DNA from: Acidimicrobiia bacterium
GTDB taxonomy: Bacteria > Actinomycetota > Acidimicrobiia > Spongiisociales > UBA11373
Assembly: GCA_040902765.1 (NCBI GenBank)
Contig: JBBDWO010000030.1
Location: forward strand, 1,598-65,597
Reading direction: 5' to 3'
DNA: 64,000 bases
Part shown: positions 28,322-37,782 of the stretch, one piece after another
Layout of the letters: the number at the start of each line of letters is the position of its first letter
Numbering within the stretch: position 1 is the first letter of the stretch
Position numbers and translations under genes: made by a program
Notes under the pieces: generated by a model
Database searches by the model: none
Told to the model about the DNA's origin: nothing
What the model saw: only the letters and a program-made list of their open reading frames with translations

Positions 28322-29527
28322 TTGCCCGACACGATCACGATGAGCGCCGACGGTCTCGTCGTTCCCGATGAGCCGATCATCCCGTTCATCGAAGGCGACG
28401 GCATCGGCCCCGACATCTGGGCCGCGGCGAGTCGGGTACTCGAGGCGGCCGTGCATCGAGCGTACGACGGCAAGCGGCGCATCGCCTGGATGGAGGTCCT
28501 CGCTGGCGGTAAGGCGCACGACGAGACCGGCGAGTGGCTTCCTGAGGCCACTCTCGACGCCCTCAGGACTCACATGGTCGGGATCAAGGGTCCGCTGACC
28601 ACCCCGGTGGGTGGAGGTATCCGCAGCATCAACGTCACGCTGCGCCAGGTCATGGATCTCTACGTGTGCCTACGACCGGTGCGGTGGTACCAGGGTGTCC
28701 CGTCGCCGGTGCGTCAGCCCGAGCTGGTCGACATGGTGATCTTCAGGGAGAACACGGAGGACGTGTACGCCGGGCTCGAGGTGCCGGCTGGCTCGAAGGA
28801 GGCTGCCCGACTCATCGAGGTCTTCGCCGAGATGGGGTGGACGGTGCGTCCCGACAGCGGAGTGGGCATCAAGCCGATATCGGAGACGGGGTCGAAGCGG
28901 CTGATCCGTGCTGCCATTCGCCATGCCCTCAGCGCCGGGCGCTCGTCGGTGACCCTCGTCCACAAGGGCAACATCCAGAAGTTCACCGAGGGCGCCTTCC
29001 GCGAATGGGGCTACGAGCTCGTTCGCGAGGAGTTCGGCGACGTCGCCGTCGGCTGGGAGGACTGCGGCGGCGATCCGGGGGACCGGCTGCTGGTCAAGGA
29101 TTCGATTGCCGACGCCTTCCTCCAGCAGATCCTGCTGCGGCCCGCCGAGTACGACGTCATCGCCACCACGAACCTCAACGGGGACTACATCAGTGATGCG
29201 CTTGCCGCTCAGGTCGGTGGCATCGGTATCGCTCCCGGCGGCAACATCAACTACGACACGGGCCACGCGGTGTTCGAGGCGACCCACGGCACCGCCCCCA
29301 AGTACGCGGGTCAGGACAAGGTGAATCCGGGGTCGGTGATCCTTTCGGGGGTGATGATGCTGCGGTACCTCGGATGGGGAGAGGCTGCCGACCTGGTCGA
29401 GTCGGGTCTGGAGCGGACCATCGGCGACCGTATCGTGACCTACGACTTCGCCCGCCTCATGGATGACGCAGAAGAGGTCCGGACCAGCGAATTCGCCGAC
29501 GCGATAATCCAGCGGCTGAGTTCGTGA
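28322..29527 (+). CDS. icd: isocitrate dehydrogenase (NADP-dependent, homodimeric prokaryotic type)
   Basis: [15 protein letters not shown] and the IDH/IMDH fold motifs [23 protein letters not shown]. The start is TTG 28322 or ATG 28340. Confidence 0.85.
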   Translation: MPDTITMSADGLVVPDEPIIPFIEGDGIGPDIWAAASRVLEAAVHRAYDGKRRIAWMEVLAGGKAHDETGEWLPEATLDALRTHMVGIKGPLTTPVGGGIRSINVTLRQVMDLYVCLRPVRWYQGVPSPVRQPELVDMVIFRENTEDVYAGLEVPAGSKEAARLIEVFAEMGWTVRPDSGVGIKPISETGSKRLIRAAIRHALSAGRSSVTLVHKGNIQKFTEGAFREWGYELVREEFGDVAVGWEDCGGDPGDRLLVKDSIADAFLQQILLRPAEYDVIATTNLNGDYISDALAAQVGGIGIAPGGNINYDTGHAVFEATHGTAPKYAGQDKVNPGSVILSGVMMLRYLGWGEAADLVESGLERTIGDRIVTYDFARLMDDAEEVRTSEFADAIIQRLSS

Positions 29528-29561
29528 GCGCCATCGAGGGTTGCGGGGCCCCGGGCCCGGG

Positions 29562-29636
29562 GCTGCCGGCTGCCAGCCGTCAGCCATCTGCAGCACACGG
29601 CGGGTCGAGCGAATTGCGAATTGCGAATTGCGGTCT
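29562..29636. repeat. GC palindromes (CGGGGCCCCG, CCCGGG); then (GGCTGCC)x2, AGCCGTC, AGCCATC; then (GCGAATT)x3 plus GCGGTCT, ending 6 nt before the mdh RBS
   Basis: Read from the sequence. Confidence 0.8.
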
Positions 29637-29654
29637 GCCCGGAAGGAGCGCGTC

Positions 29655-30593
29655 TTGAGCAAGGTAACCGTCGTCGGGGCAGGCAAGTACGGGTCCACGA
29701 CCGTCCAGCGGCTCGCCGAGGCCGACGTGTGCGACGAGATCGTGATGACCGACATTGTCGAGGGCCTGCCACAGGGACTCGCCCTGGACATGAACCAGGC
29801 GCGTCCCCTGGTGAGGTATCGGACCCGTGTGGTGGGGACCAACGACTACGCCGACACCGTAGGCAGCGACGTCGTGGTGATCACCGCCGGACTACCGCGC
29901 AAGCCCGGGATGAGCCGGATGGACCTGCTCGAGGTCAACGCTCGCATCGTCAAGCAGGTGGTGGACGGCGTTCTTCCCGGGTCGCCGGATGCCGTGTTCG
30001 TGGTGGTGACCAATCCGCTCGACCAGATGACGACGCTCGTGTCCGATTTCTCCGGTCTCCCGCGCCAGCGCGTCATGGGCCAGGCCGGCAATCTCGATAC
30101 CGCCCGTTTCGTCCACTTCATCGCCGAAGCGACCGGAGCCGACATCCTCGACGTCGTGGCCCTGACCCTCGGCAGTCACGGCGAAACCATGGTCCCTGTG
30201 CCGTCCCGGTGCCGGGTGGGCGGGCGTGCCCTGTCTGAGGTGCTGGATCAGGCGGCCATCGACGAGGTGGTGGAGCGCACGAGGGACGGTGGCGCCGAGA
30301 TCGTGTCGCTCCTCAAGACCGGGAGCGCCTATTACGCCCCCTCAGCGGCCGCCGCCAAGATGGTTGCCGCCGTACTGGGCGACACCGGCGAGGAGATGCC
30401 GGTGTGTGCCTGGGTGGAGGGCCAGTACGGCGTGAGCGGCGTCTACCTGGGTGTGCCCGCTCGGATCGGTGCGGGCGGGGTGACGAGTATCGTCGAGATC
30501 GACCTGACCGACTCGGAGATCACCGCACTTCGAGCCGCGGCCGAGGCAGTTCGTGAGAAGATGGGCGAACTGGAGCAGATCGCGCTGGACTGA
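29655..30593 (+). CDS. mdh: malate dehydrogenase (LDH-like, MDH type 3)
   Basis: SKVTVVGAGKYGSTT Rossmann motif and VVVTNPLD. I chose TTG 29655, with AGGAG 7 nt upstream. The ORF-table start at 29541 runs through the repeat region. Confidence 0.8.
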   Translation: MSKVTVVGAGKYGSTTVQRLAEADVCDEIVMTDIVEGLPQGLALDMNQARPLVRYRTRVVGTNDYADTVGSDVVVITAGLPRKPGMSRMDLLEVNARIVKQVVDGVLPGSPDAVFVVVTNPLDQMTTLVSDFSGLPRQRVMGQAGNLDTARFVHFIAEATGADILDVVALTLGSHGETMVPVPSRCRVGGRALSEVLDQAAIDEVVERTRDGGAEIVSLLKTGSAYYAPSAAAAKMVAAVLGDTGEEMPVCAWVEGQYGVSGVYLGVPARIGAGGVTSIVEIDLTDSEITALRAAAEAVREKMGELEQIALD

Positions 30594-30614
30594 GATCGCC
30601 TGCGCCCCGCGGAC

Positions 30615-31577
30615 TCATCCGGTAGCGGCTCCGGCGAGCTCTAGCTCCGACTGTCTGGCGGCTTCGGCCTGACGGCGGGCCCGGTTCTGAGCAGAGACCT
30701 CATCCCGTTCGCCAGCCCAGAGTCCGATGGCGGCCATGGTGGCGAGAGCGCCGCCCATCCAGGCCATGAAGACGCCCCAGGTGATCTGCACTTCCCGCAG
30801 GTCGGCCGCCGCCTCCCAGGTGGCGAACTGCATGCCGGTGAGCTGGATCCGTACGGCCGTCGCCATCGAGATTGCGACCAGCATGATCGCTGCTGCCCCG
30901 ATGATGATCATGCGGTACGGGCCGAGCTGCGGCGGGTTGCGGAACACGACCACTCCTCCGACGAGGGCGAGCCCTACGGCCAGCACCAGCCAGGTAGGGC
31001 GCTGAAGGCCGCCCACGGTCGCGCCGATGACGACGTAGATCATCAGGGGGAGTGCCACGAGCCAGACTCCCAGGCGTACCCATCGGCGGTAGCGATCCGC
31101 CACCTTGGATCCGACCGTGCGCATCGCCGTAGCCGCCACGAGGGCCGCACCGACCATCGACAGCACAACCACGCCGACGCCCCCGACCGTGGTCGGGCGG
31201 GCATCCCCGACGAAGGTGGCGGCGACGGCACCGACGATGAGGCCTCCGGTGATGGTCAGGGTCCCGACTCGGTTGGCCTTGATCTTCCCCATGACCAAGA
31301 GGATGGCGAGCACCGCGAGGATGGCGGCAGACAGCAGGATCACGAGGCCCTGCGGCGTTTCGTAGCCCCGCAGCGACCACGGAGTGATGATGAACCGGTC
31401 CCCCCGCCAGCGGGGCTGGACCCGGGCGTATTCCCAGAGGGTCGACTGGCTGAGGACGAGCAGGCCGAACAGCAGCACCGTCAGCATCCGCTTCTTCAGC
31501 ACGATCACCAGGCCGTCTCCGGGGTCGTCCAAACTGGAACGGCACTGTACACGGCCGTGGCCGGCCGCGTCCTTCAA
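30615..31577 (-). CDS. hypothetical polytopic membrane protein
   Basis: A long ORF with roughly 8 hydrophobic helices. It has codon-usage-consistent GC3 and no recognisable domain. The start is uncertain, with TTG 31577 or ATG 31487 possible. Confidence 0.4.
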   Translation of the reverse strand: MKDAAGHGRVQCRSSLDDPGDGLVIVLKKRMLTVLLFGLLVLSQSTLWEYARVQPRWRGDRFIITPWSLRGYETPQGLVILLSAAILAVLAILLVMGKIKANRVGTLTITGGLIVGAVAATFVGDARPTTVGGVGVVVLSMVGAALVAATAMRTVGSKVADRYRRWVRLGVWLVALPLMIYVVIGATVGGLQRPTWLVLAVGLALVGGVVVFRNPPQLGPYRMIIIGAAAIMLVAISMATAVRIQLTGMQFATWEAAADLREVQITWGVFMAWMGGALATMAAIGLWAGERDEVSAQNRARRQAEAARQSELELAGAATG

Positions 31578-31605
31578 GGGGGCATAAATGGCCCCATGCC
31601 CGGTA

Positions 31606-31638
31606 TTGATGGCTTTTTGTGCGCGAATCGCCTACAAT
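31606..31638 (+). promoter_or_regulatory. candidate hup promoter with TACAAT (-10-like) at 31633-31638 and TTGATG upstream at 31606-31611. The spacing is long (21 nt).
   Basis: Hexamers read from the sequence. The spacing is not ideal, so this is a weak call. Confidence 0.25.
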
Positions 31639-31672
31639 TACACGGTTGTCATTCCCTCAAGGAGGAGTGGAC

Positions 31673-31957
31673 ATGAACAAGAAGGAGCTCGGCGACGCCG
31701 TCGCCGCAGCACTCGATGGCCAGAAGACCATGGGCGGCGCCGCCGTCGATGCCGTCTTCGCTGCCGTGGCCGGTGCCCTCGCCAAGGGGGACAAGGTCTC
31801 GATCGCAGGATTCGGATCCTTCGAGGTCCGCCAGCGTGCGGCGCGTATGGGACGCAATCCGCGTACCGGACAGCCTGTGCACATCAAGGCGGCGAAGGCG
31901 CCTGCCTTCAAGGCGGCCAAGGCGCTGAAGGAAGCGGTCAACGCGTTCAACCCGTAA
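31673..31957 (+). CDS. hup: DNA-binding protein HU
   Basis: MNKKELGDAVA...GFGSFEVRQRAARMGRNPRTGQPVHIKA is an HU-family protein. AAGGAGG lies 8 nt upstream of ATG 31673. Confidence 0.85.
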   Translation: MNKKELGDAVAAALDGQKTMGGAAVDAVFAAVAGALAKGDKVSIAGFGSFEVRQRAARMGRNPRTGQPVHIKAAKAPAFKAAKALKEAVNAFNP

Positions 31958-31974
31958 CCCACGGTCGACCAAGG

Positions 31975-32016
31975 AAATGTGTGAGGGGCGCCCAACCGGG
32001 CGCCCCTCACACATTT
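31975..32016. terminator. strong bidirectional terminator candidate with a perfect 19-bp stem AAATGTGTGAGGGGCGCCC / GGGCGCCCCTCACACATTT and a 4-nt loop
   Basis: Read from the sequence. It lies between the convergent hup and SCP2 genes. Confidence 0.6.
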
Positions 32017-32017
32017 C

Positions 32018-32115
32018 AGCTATTAGCCATTAGCTATTGGCTTTTAGCCAGAACCGGGCGAAGGCCTCGCGAGCGTCTGGCCAATTGCTAATAGCCAATA
32101 GCCAATAGCCAATAG
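32018..32115. repeat. inverted heptamer arrays with AGCTATT, AGCCATT, AGCTATT, GGCTTTT, a 29-nt spacer, then CCAATTG, CTAATAG, (CCAATAG)x3
   Basis: Read from the sequence. The spacer contains CGCGAG and GCGTCTGG, which are also present in the 58814-58848 spacer. Confidence 0.85.
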
Positions 32116-32119
32116 CTCT

Positions 32120-32506
32120 CTAGTACTCCACGTCCACCGTGGATGCGGCATTGGCGAAGTCGGTCATGATCCGCTGATGCTGGAGCAGCTTGCCCATGTT
32201 CCCCGTGATCTTGATCTTGCCGGTCATGAACGCCATCTGCGTGTTGAGTTCCCCCTTGCTGATGGCGACGGCCGTCTGGTAGGTGCTACTGATGGTGGCA
32301 TCGGCGGAGTCGCTGCCACCGGAAGCGACTGCGACCGACCCATTGTCGAGGGCCAGCGTGTATGCCAACAGGCGATCTTCTGGTGGGTCGGTCACCTCGA
32401 ACGAGAGGGTGAGGTCGACGCCACCGATGGCGGAGGTGAATCCCTCATGCCCCGACAGTGCGGTCTCGAGGGCCTCGAGCCACTCATCGGTCAGAAACTT
32501 GGCCAC
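32120..32506 (-). CDS. SCP2 (sterol carrier protein-2-like) domain protein
   Basis: The SCP2 fold motif ...MTGKIKITGNMGKLLQH. The start GTG at 32506 has AAGGAG 8 nt upstream. The longer ORF-table version would overlap the dapA-like gene by 59 nt. Confidence 0.55.
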   Translation of the reverse strand: MAKFLTDEWLEALETALSGHEGFTSAIGGVDLTLSFEVTDPPEDRLLAYTLALDNGSVAVASGGSDSADATISSTYQTAVAISKGELNTQMAFMTGKIKITGNMGKLLQHQRIMTDFANAASTVDVEY

Positions 32507-32537
32507 GTGCTGAACTCCTTCGTCGCTCACCGGGAGA

Positions 32538-33425
32538 TTAGTGGGCGCTGCGAGCCGCTTCCCCCAGTGCCCGAGAAGCTTCATCGAGCGCAGCATCGAT
32601 GAGCGCCGTGGTCTTGTCGTCGGGGGACTCCAGGGGGCGACGCGGCGATCCGCATCGCAAGCCCGCCCGCGTCGCCGCGTACTTGACCGCGCCGACGCCG
32701 TGTCGTTCGACGGCTGCGGATACCGCCGTCAAGACGGCCTGTAGAGGGGTCTCCTCGCCCGTGAGAGCGAGGGCCACGACCGTCGCGGCCAGTTCGGGGG
32801 CATAGTTGGCGCTCGCCGTGATGGCGCCGTGGGCGCCGGCGGCGACGGCCGGCCATGCGATCGCCGACGATCCGACGAAGACGGTCAGTGAGGTGGCGAC
32901 GAGCGCCCGGGCCCGGTCCAGGTCGCCGCTGGAGTCCTTGATGCCGACCACGTTGGGGTGCTCCGCCAGTCGGGTCGCGGAGTCGAGGGCGAGGTCGTAG
33001 GCGGTCACGCGGGGGACCGAGTAGAGGAACACGGGGAGCGGCGATGATGTAGCGACATCCTCGTAGTACCGCTCCACCATCGCCGGTTGATGGCGGACGA
33101 GGGTGGTCGGCGTGGTGACGAGCACCGCATCGGCGTCGGTGTCCGACACTTCGGCGATGAGCTCCATCGCCGATCGGAGGGACTCGGCCACGATCCCCAC
33201 CAGCACGAAGGCGTCCGGGGCGACTTCCCGGGTCGCCCGCGCCAGGTGGGCGCGTTCACCGGGCTCCAGGTAGGGACTCTCTCCGTTCGAGCCCCCGATG
33301 ACGAACCCCTCGACGCCCCGCTCCGCGAGTAGGGACACGTTGTGCCGGTGCGCGTCGAGATCCAGTTCGCCCGCGTCGTCGAAGGGGCTGACGATGGCGG
33401 GCATGAGCCAGGGTGGCGTTCGCAT
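32538..33425 (-). CDS. DapA family lyase (4-hydroxy-tetrahydrodipicolinate synthase-like)
   Basis: IVSPFDDAGELD...GFVIGGSNGE...VGIKDSSGD is the DapA/NAL-family TIM-barrel pattern. The start, ATG 33425 or 33404, is uncertain. Confidence 0.6.
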   Translation of the reverse strand: MRTPPWLMPAIVSPFDDAGELDLDAHRHNVSLLAERGVEGFVIGGSNGESPYLEPGERAHLARATREVAPDAFVLVGIVAESLRSAMELIAEVSDTDADAVLVTTPTTLVRHQPAMVERYYEDVATSSPLPVFLYSVPRVTAYDLALDSATRLAEHPNVVGIKDSSGDLDRARALVATSLTVFVGSSAIAWPAVAAGAHGAITASANYAPELAATVVALALTGEETPLQAVLTAVSAAVERHGVGAVKYAATRAGLRCGSPRRPLESPDDKTTALIDAALDEASRALGEAARSAH

Positions 33426-33443
33426 GGGCGGAGGCTATCGCGG

Positions 33444-33470
33444 CGAGCGAAGGCTGGCGCCTTCGCTCGC
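33444..33470. promoter_or_regulatory. perfect 12-bp inverted repeat GCGAGCGAAGGC-TGG-GCCTTCGCTCGC, 19 nt upstream of the dapA-like start
   Basis: Read from the sequence. It is a candidate operator or leader hairpin. Confidence 0.35.
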
Positions 33471-33473
33471 GGA

Positions 33474-33562
33474 GGGCAGAAGGCAGAGGGCGGATGGAGT
33501 TCGCTGTCTGCTGTCTGCTATCTGCTATCTGAGGCTCTGCCCTCTGCCGTCCGCCGTCTCCT
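33474..33562. repeat. nested heptamer arrays with GGGCAGA, AGGCAGA, GGGCGGA; a central (CGCTGTC/TGCTGTC/TGCTATC)x4; and reverse-complement units CTGCCCT, CTGCCGT, CCGCCGT
   Basis: Read from the sequence. It lies in the divergent dapA-like / sdhC region. Confidence 0.8.
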
Positions 33563-33574
33563 CGGCTCCCGGTC

Positions 33575-34333
33575 TTGGCCCCACGGCCTGCAATCCGCGA
33601 TACTCCCTTTGTGACCGCCGCTGACACCAAGCCGCGATTTCAGCCGCCGTGGCTCATACGCTTCTATCGCTCGGCGGTCGTCAAGAAGTGGGCGATGGCC
33701 CTCTCAGGCATAGTGCTCATCGCCTATGTGATCGCCCACCTGTACGGCAACCTCAAGATGTACATGAGCGCCGAGCAGGTGAACCACTACGCCGAGGCGC
33801 TGCGCGACCTCGGTGGCGACCTGTTCCCGCGGACCAGCGTGCTCTGGGCGATGCGGCTGGGCCTTCTCGCCGCACTCGTCCTTCACGTCCATGCCGCCTA
33901 CTCGCTGACCTATACCAACTGGAAGGCGCGCGGCGGGCGGTATCACGAGCGTGACTACGCCGTCGCCAACTATGCCTCCCGCACCATGCGGTGGACCGGC
34001 ATCATCGTGCTCCTGTTCGTCGCCTTCCATCTCGCCGACCTCACCTGGGGCACCCAGCCCGCGGCGACTGCCGAATTCACCCGCGGCGAGGTCTACGACA
34101 ACGTCATCCGCTCGCTCCAGCGCCCCGCCGTCGCAGGCATCTACGTCGTCGCCAACCTGGCACTGGCATTCCACCTGTACCACGGGGTGTGGAGCCTCTT
34201 CCAGAGCATCGGGTGGAGCCACCCCACCTTCAACCGCTGGCGCCGGTACCTCGCCTATGCCGTCACCGGTGTGGTGACCGCGGGCAATCTTTCGTTCCCG
34301 ATAGCCGTCCAGACCGGACTGCTGAGTCTGTGA
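33575..34333 (+). CDS. sdhC: succinate dehydrogenase cytochrome b subunit (b558 / SdhC type)
   Basis: Five TM helices with conserved His (IAHLYGN, HVHAAY, HLADLTW, HLYHG). The start may be GTG 33611. Confidence 0.7.
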   Translation: MAPRPAIRDTPFVTAADTKPRFQPPWLIRFYRSAVVKKWAMALSGIVLIAYVIAHLYGNLKMYMSAEQVNHYAEALRDLGGDLFPRTSVLWAMRLGLLAALVLHVHAAYSLTYTNWKARGGRYHERDYAVANYASRTMRWTGIIVLLFVAFHLADLTWGTQPAATAEFTRGEVYDNVIRSLQRPAVAGIYVVANLALAFHLYHGVWSLFQSIGWSHPTFNRWRRYLAYAVTGVVTAGNLSFPIAVQTGLLSL

Positions 34334-34340
34334 GGCCGTC

Positions 34341-36257
34341 ATGAGGCTGGATGCCAGGATCCCCGGAGGACCGATCGAGGCCAAGTGGGACGACCACCGG
34401 TTGGCCATCCCCCTGGTGTCGCCGGCGAACCGCAAGCGGTTCGACGTGATCGTGGTGGGGACTGGACTCGCCGGAGCGGCCGCGGCGGCGACGATGGGCG
34501 AGCTGGGCTATCGGGTCAAGGCGTTCACCTTCCACGACAGCCCCCGCAGGGCGCACAGCGTCGCCGCCCAGGGTGGGATCAACGCCGCCAAGAACTATCG
34601 AAACGACGGGGACAGCATCCGTCGCCTGTTCGCCGACACGATCAAGGGCGGCGACTACCGCTCCCGCGAGGCCAACGTGTTCAGGCTCGCCCAGGTGAGT
34701 ACCGAGATCATCGACCAGGCGACCGCTCAGGGCGTGCCGTTTGCCAGGGAGTACGGAGGACTCCTTGCCAACCGATCGTTCGGTGGCGTGCAGGTGTCGC
34801 GCACGTTCTACGCTCGGGGTCAGACCGGGCAGCAGCTACTTCTCGGGGCCTATCAGGCGCTCGCCAGACAGGTCACACAGGGCACGGTGACTGTGTACAC
34901 CCGGTCGGAGATGCTGGATGTCGTGGTGGCTGATGGGCGGGCTGTGGGGATCGTGGTTCGCGACCTGGTCACCGGCGAGATCACCTCTCACTCGGCGCAC
35001 GCCGTAGTCCTCGCCACCGGCGGCTACTCGAACGCCTACTTCCTGTCGACCAACGCCAAGGCAAGCAACGTGACCGCCATATGGCGCGCCCACCGCAAGG
35101 GGGCTCTGTTCGCCAACCCGTGCTTCACCCAGATCCATCCCACCTGTATCCCGGCTTGTGATGAGTTCCAGTCGAAGCTGACGCTGATGTCCGAGTCCCT
35201 GCGCAACGACGGTCGGATCTGGGTCCCCACCGACATCGGTGACGGTCGGTCCGCCGGAGACGTCCCCGCCGGCAAACGCGACTACTTCCTCGAGCGCCGC
35301 TACCCGGCTTTCGGCAACCTGGTGCCGCGCGACGTCGCGTCGCGAGCCGCCAAGGCAGTCGTCGACGAGGGGCGGGGCATCGGTGCCCTCCAGAACGGCG
35401 TGTACCTCGACTTCGCCGACGCTATCGCCACACTCGGGCGCGAGGTCATGACCGAGCGGTACGGGAACCTCTTCGAGATGTATGAGCGAATCACCGGTGA
35501 GGACCCCTACTCGGTGCCGATGCGCATCTATCCGGCGCCGCATTACACGATGGGCGGTCTCTGGGTCGACTACGACCTGATGACGACGATCCCCGGGCTC
35601 TACGCCATCGGCGAGGGGAATTTTTCGGATCACGGAGCCAACCGACTCGGCGCCTCGGCCTTGATGCAGGGGCTCGCCGACGGATACTTCATCCTGCCCA
35701 ACACGATCGCCGCCTACCTGTCGGGTCGCCTCGGGGAGGCGTCGGAGTCGCTCGACCACCCGGCGTTCGCCGAGGCCGAGACCGGGGTCCGTGAGCGGAC
35801 CGCCCGGCTATTGGCCACCAATGGTTCCCGCACCGTCGACTGGTTCCATCGTGAGCTCGGCAAGATCGTGTGGGACCACTGCGGCATGGCCCGCGACGCA
35901 GTTGGTTTGGAGAAGGCGATCGCCGAGATCCCGGCCCTCCGCGAGGAGTTCCACAGTGACGTTCGTGTGCTCGGCGACGACGCCTCGATCAATCAGTCGC
36001 TCGAGAAGGCGGGCAGGGTGGCCGACTTCTTCGAGCTGGCTGAGCTCATGTGCCGCGATGCCCTGCACCGCGAAGAGTCGTGCGGCGGGCACTTCCGGGT
36101 CGAGCACCAGTCGGACGATGGCGAAGCCAGGCGGGACGACGAGAACTTTGCCTTCGTGTCCGCCTGGGGATTCGAGGGGGTCGGTGCCGAGCCGTCGCTG
36201 GTGAAGGAGCCGCTGTCGTTTGAGAACGTCGAGTTGAAGACGAGGAGCTACACCTGA
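34341..36257 (+). CDS. sdhA: succinate dehydrogenase flavoprotein subunit
   Basis: [19 protein letters not shown]-binding motif and [14 protein letters not shown] flavinylation-site motif, with a full length of 638 aa. Confidence 0.9.
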   Translation: MRLDARIPGGPIEAKWDDHRLAIPLVSPANRKRFDVIVVGTGLAGAAAAATMGELGYRVKAFTFHDSPRRAHSVAAQGGINAAKNYRNDGDSIRRLFADTIKGGDYRSREANVFRLAQVSTEIIDQATAQGVPFAREYGGLLANRSFGGVQVSRTFYARGQTGQQLLLGAYQALARQVTQGTVTVYTRSEMLDVVVADGRAVGIVVRDLVTGEITSHSAHAVVLATGGYSNAYFLSTNAKASNVTAIWRAHRKGALFANPCFTQIHPTCIPACDEFQSKLTLMSESLRNDGRIWVPTDIGDGRSAGDVPAGKRDYFLERRYPAFGNLVPRDVASRAAKAVVDEGRGIGALQNGVYLDFADAIATLGREVMTERYGNLFEMYERITGEDPYSVPMRIYPAPHYTMGGLWVDYDLMTTIPGLYAIGEGNFSDHGANRLGASALMQGLADGYFILPNTIAAYLSGRLGEASESLDHPAFAEAETGVRERTARLLATNGSRTVDWFHRELGKIVWDHCGMARDAVGLEKAIAEIPALREEFHSDVRVLGDDASINQSLEKAGRVADFFELAELMCRDALHREESCGGHFRVEHQSDDGEARRDDENFAFVSAWGFEGVGAEPSLVKEPLSFENVELKTRSYT

Positions 36258-37021
36258 TGGACCTCACGCTGCGCGTCTGGCGCCAGGAAGCTGCCGGCAA
36301 GACAGGCAGGTTCGAGGAATACCGGGCGAGCGAGATCAGCCCGGATGCCTCGTTCCTCGAGATGCTCGACGTGGTCAACGACCGTCTCACGCTGGAGGGC
36401 GAGGAACCGATCGCCTTCGAACACGACTGTCGCGAAGGGATCTGTGGCTCCTGTGGCGTCATGATCAACGGCAAACCGCATGGCTCCGAGCGAGGCACGG
36501 CGACCTGCCAGCTCCACATGCGCCACTTCAGCGACGGTGATCTCATCGTGGTCGAGCCATGGCGTGCGTCCGGCTTTCCGGTGCTGCGCGACCTGGTGGT
36601 CGATCGGAGCGCCTTCGATCGGATCGTGGAGGCGGGAGGCTTCATCAGCGTCGACACGGGTAGTGCTCCAGAAGCCAACCTGATCCAGATCCCCAAGGAG
36701 GCGGCCGAGGCCGCCATGGACGCCGCCGCCTGCATCGGCTGCGGGGCGTGTGTCGCCGCCTGCCCGAACAGTGCGGCCCAGCTGTTCACCGCGGCGAAGA
36801 TCTCCCATCTCAACCTCCTGCCCCAGGGTCAGCCGGAGCGGTGGTCCCGCGTCGAGGCCATGGTGGATACGATGGAACAGTTCTTCGGGTCCTGCACCAG
36901 CTACGGCGAGTGTGAGGTGGCGTGCCCGAAGTCGATCTCTCTCGACTTCATCGCCCTGATGAACCGGGATTACGTCCGGTCGAAGTGGAAGAACCGTCGG
37001 TTGACGGGGCAGAAGAATTAG
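36257..37021 (+). CDS. sdhB: succinate dehydrogenase iron-sulfur subunit
   Basis: Cysteine clusters for 2Fe-2S ([10 protein letters not shown]), 4Fe-4S ([12 protein letters not shown]) and 3Fe-4S (CPKSIS). The TAG stop is the first unit of an AGTAGCG array. Confidence 0.9.
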   Translation: MDLTLRVWRQEAAGKTGRFEEYRASEISPDASFLEMLDVVNDRLTLEGEEPIAFEHDCREGICGSCGVMINGKPHGSERGTATCQLHMRHFSDGDLIVVEPWRASGFPVLRDLVVDRSAFDRIVEAGGFISVDTGSAPEANLIQIPKEAAEAAMDAAACIGCGACVAACPNSAAQLFTAAKISHLNLLPQGQPERWSRVEAMVDTMEQFFGSCTSYGECEVACPKSISLDFIALMNRDYVRSKWKNRRLTGQKN

Positions 37022-37214
37022 CGAGTAGCGAGAGAACGCTCAACGCTTAACGCTCAACGCCAGAGTTCGTCGGTCTTGCGTTGAGCGTTAAGCGTCATTC
37101 CAGCTACCAGCTACCGATTGATCAGTGGCCAGTGGCGAGTAGGACGCTCAACGCTCAACGCTCAACGCCAGAGGTTGTCGCGTCTTGCGTTGAGGCGTTA
37201 AGCGTTAAGCGTGA
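37019..37214. repeat. composite element containing (TTAGCGAG)(TAGCGAG); TCAACGC hairpin element copy 1 (37034-37096, loop AGAGTTCGTCGGTCTT); (CAGCTAC)x2 and (CAGTGGC)x2 arrays; and TCAACGC hairpin element copy 2 (37143-37214, loop AGAGGTTGTCGCGTCTT)
   Basis: Read from the sequence. Confidence 0.85.
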
Positions 37215-37244
37215 TTCCCACCTATCGAGGCCGCTTTCTCCCCA

Positions 37245-37300
37245 ATTCGCGCTTTCCGCGCGATTCCTGGTTGACTGCGCGCGCTCCGCGCGCAATACTC
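37245..37300 (+). promoter_or_regulatory. candidate whiB promoter/operator with two GC palindromes (AATTCGCGC-TTTCC-GCGCGATT and TGCGCGCG-CTC-CGCGCGCA) flanking a TTGACT -35-like hexamer (37272-37277), followed by an AT-rich stretch
   Basis: Read from the sequence. No clean -10 hexamer was found at 17-bp spacing. Confidence 0.3.
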
Positions 37301-37342
37301 ATGGGATTAATCACATCAATGTAATTCACGAGGTGAGGCCAC

Positions 37343-37624
37343 ATGCTGGATGATCTGCGGCAAGCCCTGTTGGGGACCGGGGACGATCTCGCCTGGCAGG
37401 ATCGGGCCAACTGCACCGGTGCCAACGCCGATCTGTTCTTCCCGGAGCGCGGTGCATCGACCCGCACCGCAAAAGCCATCTGTCGCGCCTGCGACGTTCG
37501 CGAGGAGTGCCTCGAGTTCGCCATTACGACCGGCGAGAAGTTCGGCATCTGGGGCGGCATGTCAGAGCGCGAACGCCGCAAGGTCCGTCGCGACCGCCAG
37601 ATAGCGGCGAGACGAGCTTCGTAG
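37343..37624 (+). CDS. whiB: WhiB-family (Wbl) Fe-S transcription regulator
   Basis: Four Cys (C-x..-CRAC..EC) and GIWGG. There is no C-terminal AT-hook, so it is not WhiB7-type. Confidence 0.85.
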   Translation: MLDDLRQALLGTGDDLAWQDRANCTGANADLFFPERGASTRTAKAICRACDVREECLEFAITTGEKFGIWGGMSERERRKVRRDRQIAARRAS

Positions 37625-37721
37625 CGGGTAGCCGGTAGCTGGGAGCTGCTCTTCACGCTCAACGCTTAACGCCCAACGCAGGACTTGACGACCTCTGGCG
37701 TTGAGCGTTGAGCGTTACACG
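37622..37721. repeat. TAGCGGG, TAGCCGG, TAGCTGG, GAGCTGC starting at the whiB TAG stop; then TCAACGC hairpin element copy 3 with TCTTCACGC, TCAACGC, TTAACGC, CCAACGC, the loop AGGACTTGACGACCTCT, and (GGCGTTGA)(GCGTTGA)GCGTTAC
   Basis: Read from the sequence. Confidence 0.85.
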
Positions 37722-37782
37722 TTCCTCAATTCCCTGACCACTGGCTCCTCCCTTAGAATCGGGTCACGTCGACCGTAGGAGC

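Noticed and set aside
31606-31638. A clean sigma-70-type promoter for hup
   Set aside because: TACAAT is a good -10, but the only TTGATG -35-like hexamer is 21 nt upstream. I retained it only as a weak candidate.
37081-37353. 90-aa ORF, together with the 11347..12171 ORF, whose translations contain LNAQRSTLNAQR-type repeats
   Set aside because: These are readings through TCAACGC heptamer arrays and the antisense of real genes, not genes.
37343-37624. Whether the WhiB gene is the WhiB7 antibiotic-resistance regulator
   Set aside because: There is no C-terminal AT-hook (RGRP), and the gene is not adjacent to pcrA/uvrD as whiB7 is relative to uvrD2 in mycobacteria. I call it generic WhiB-family only.
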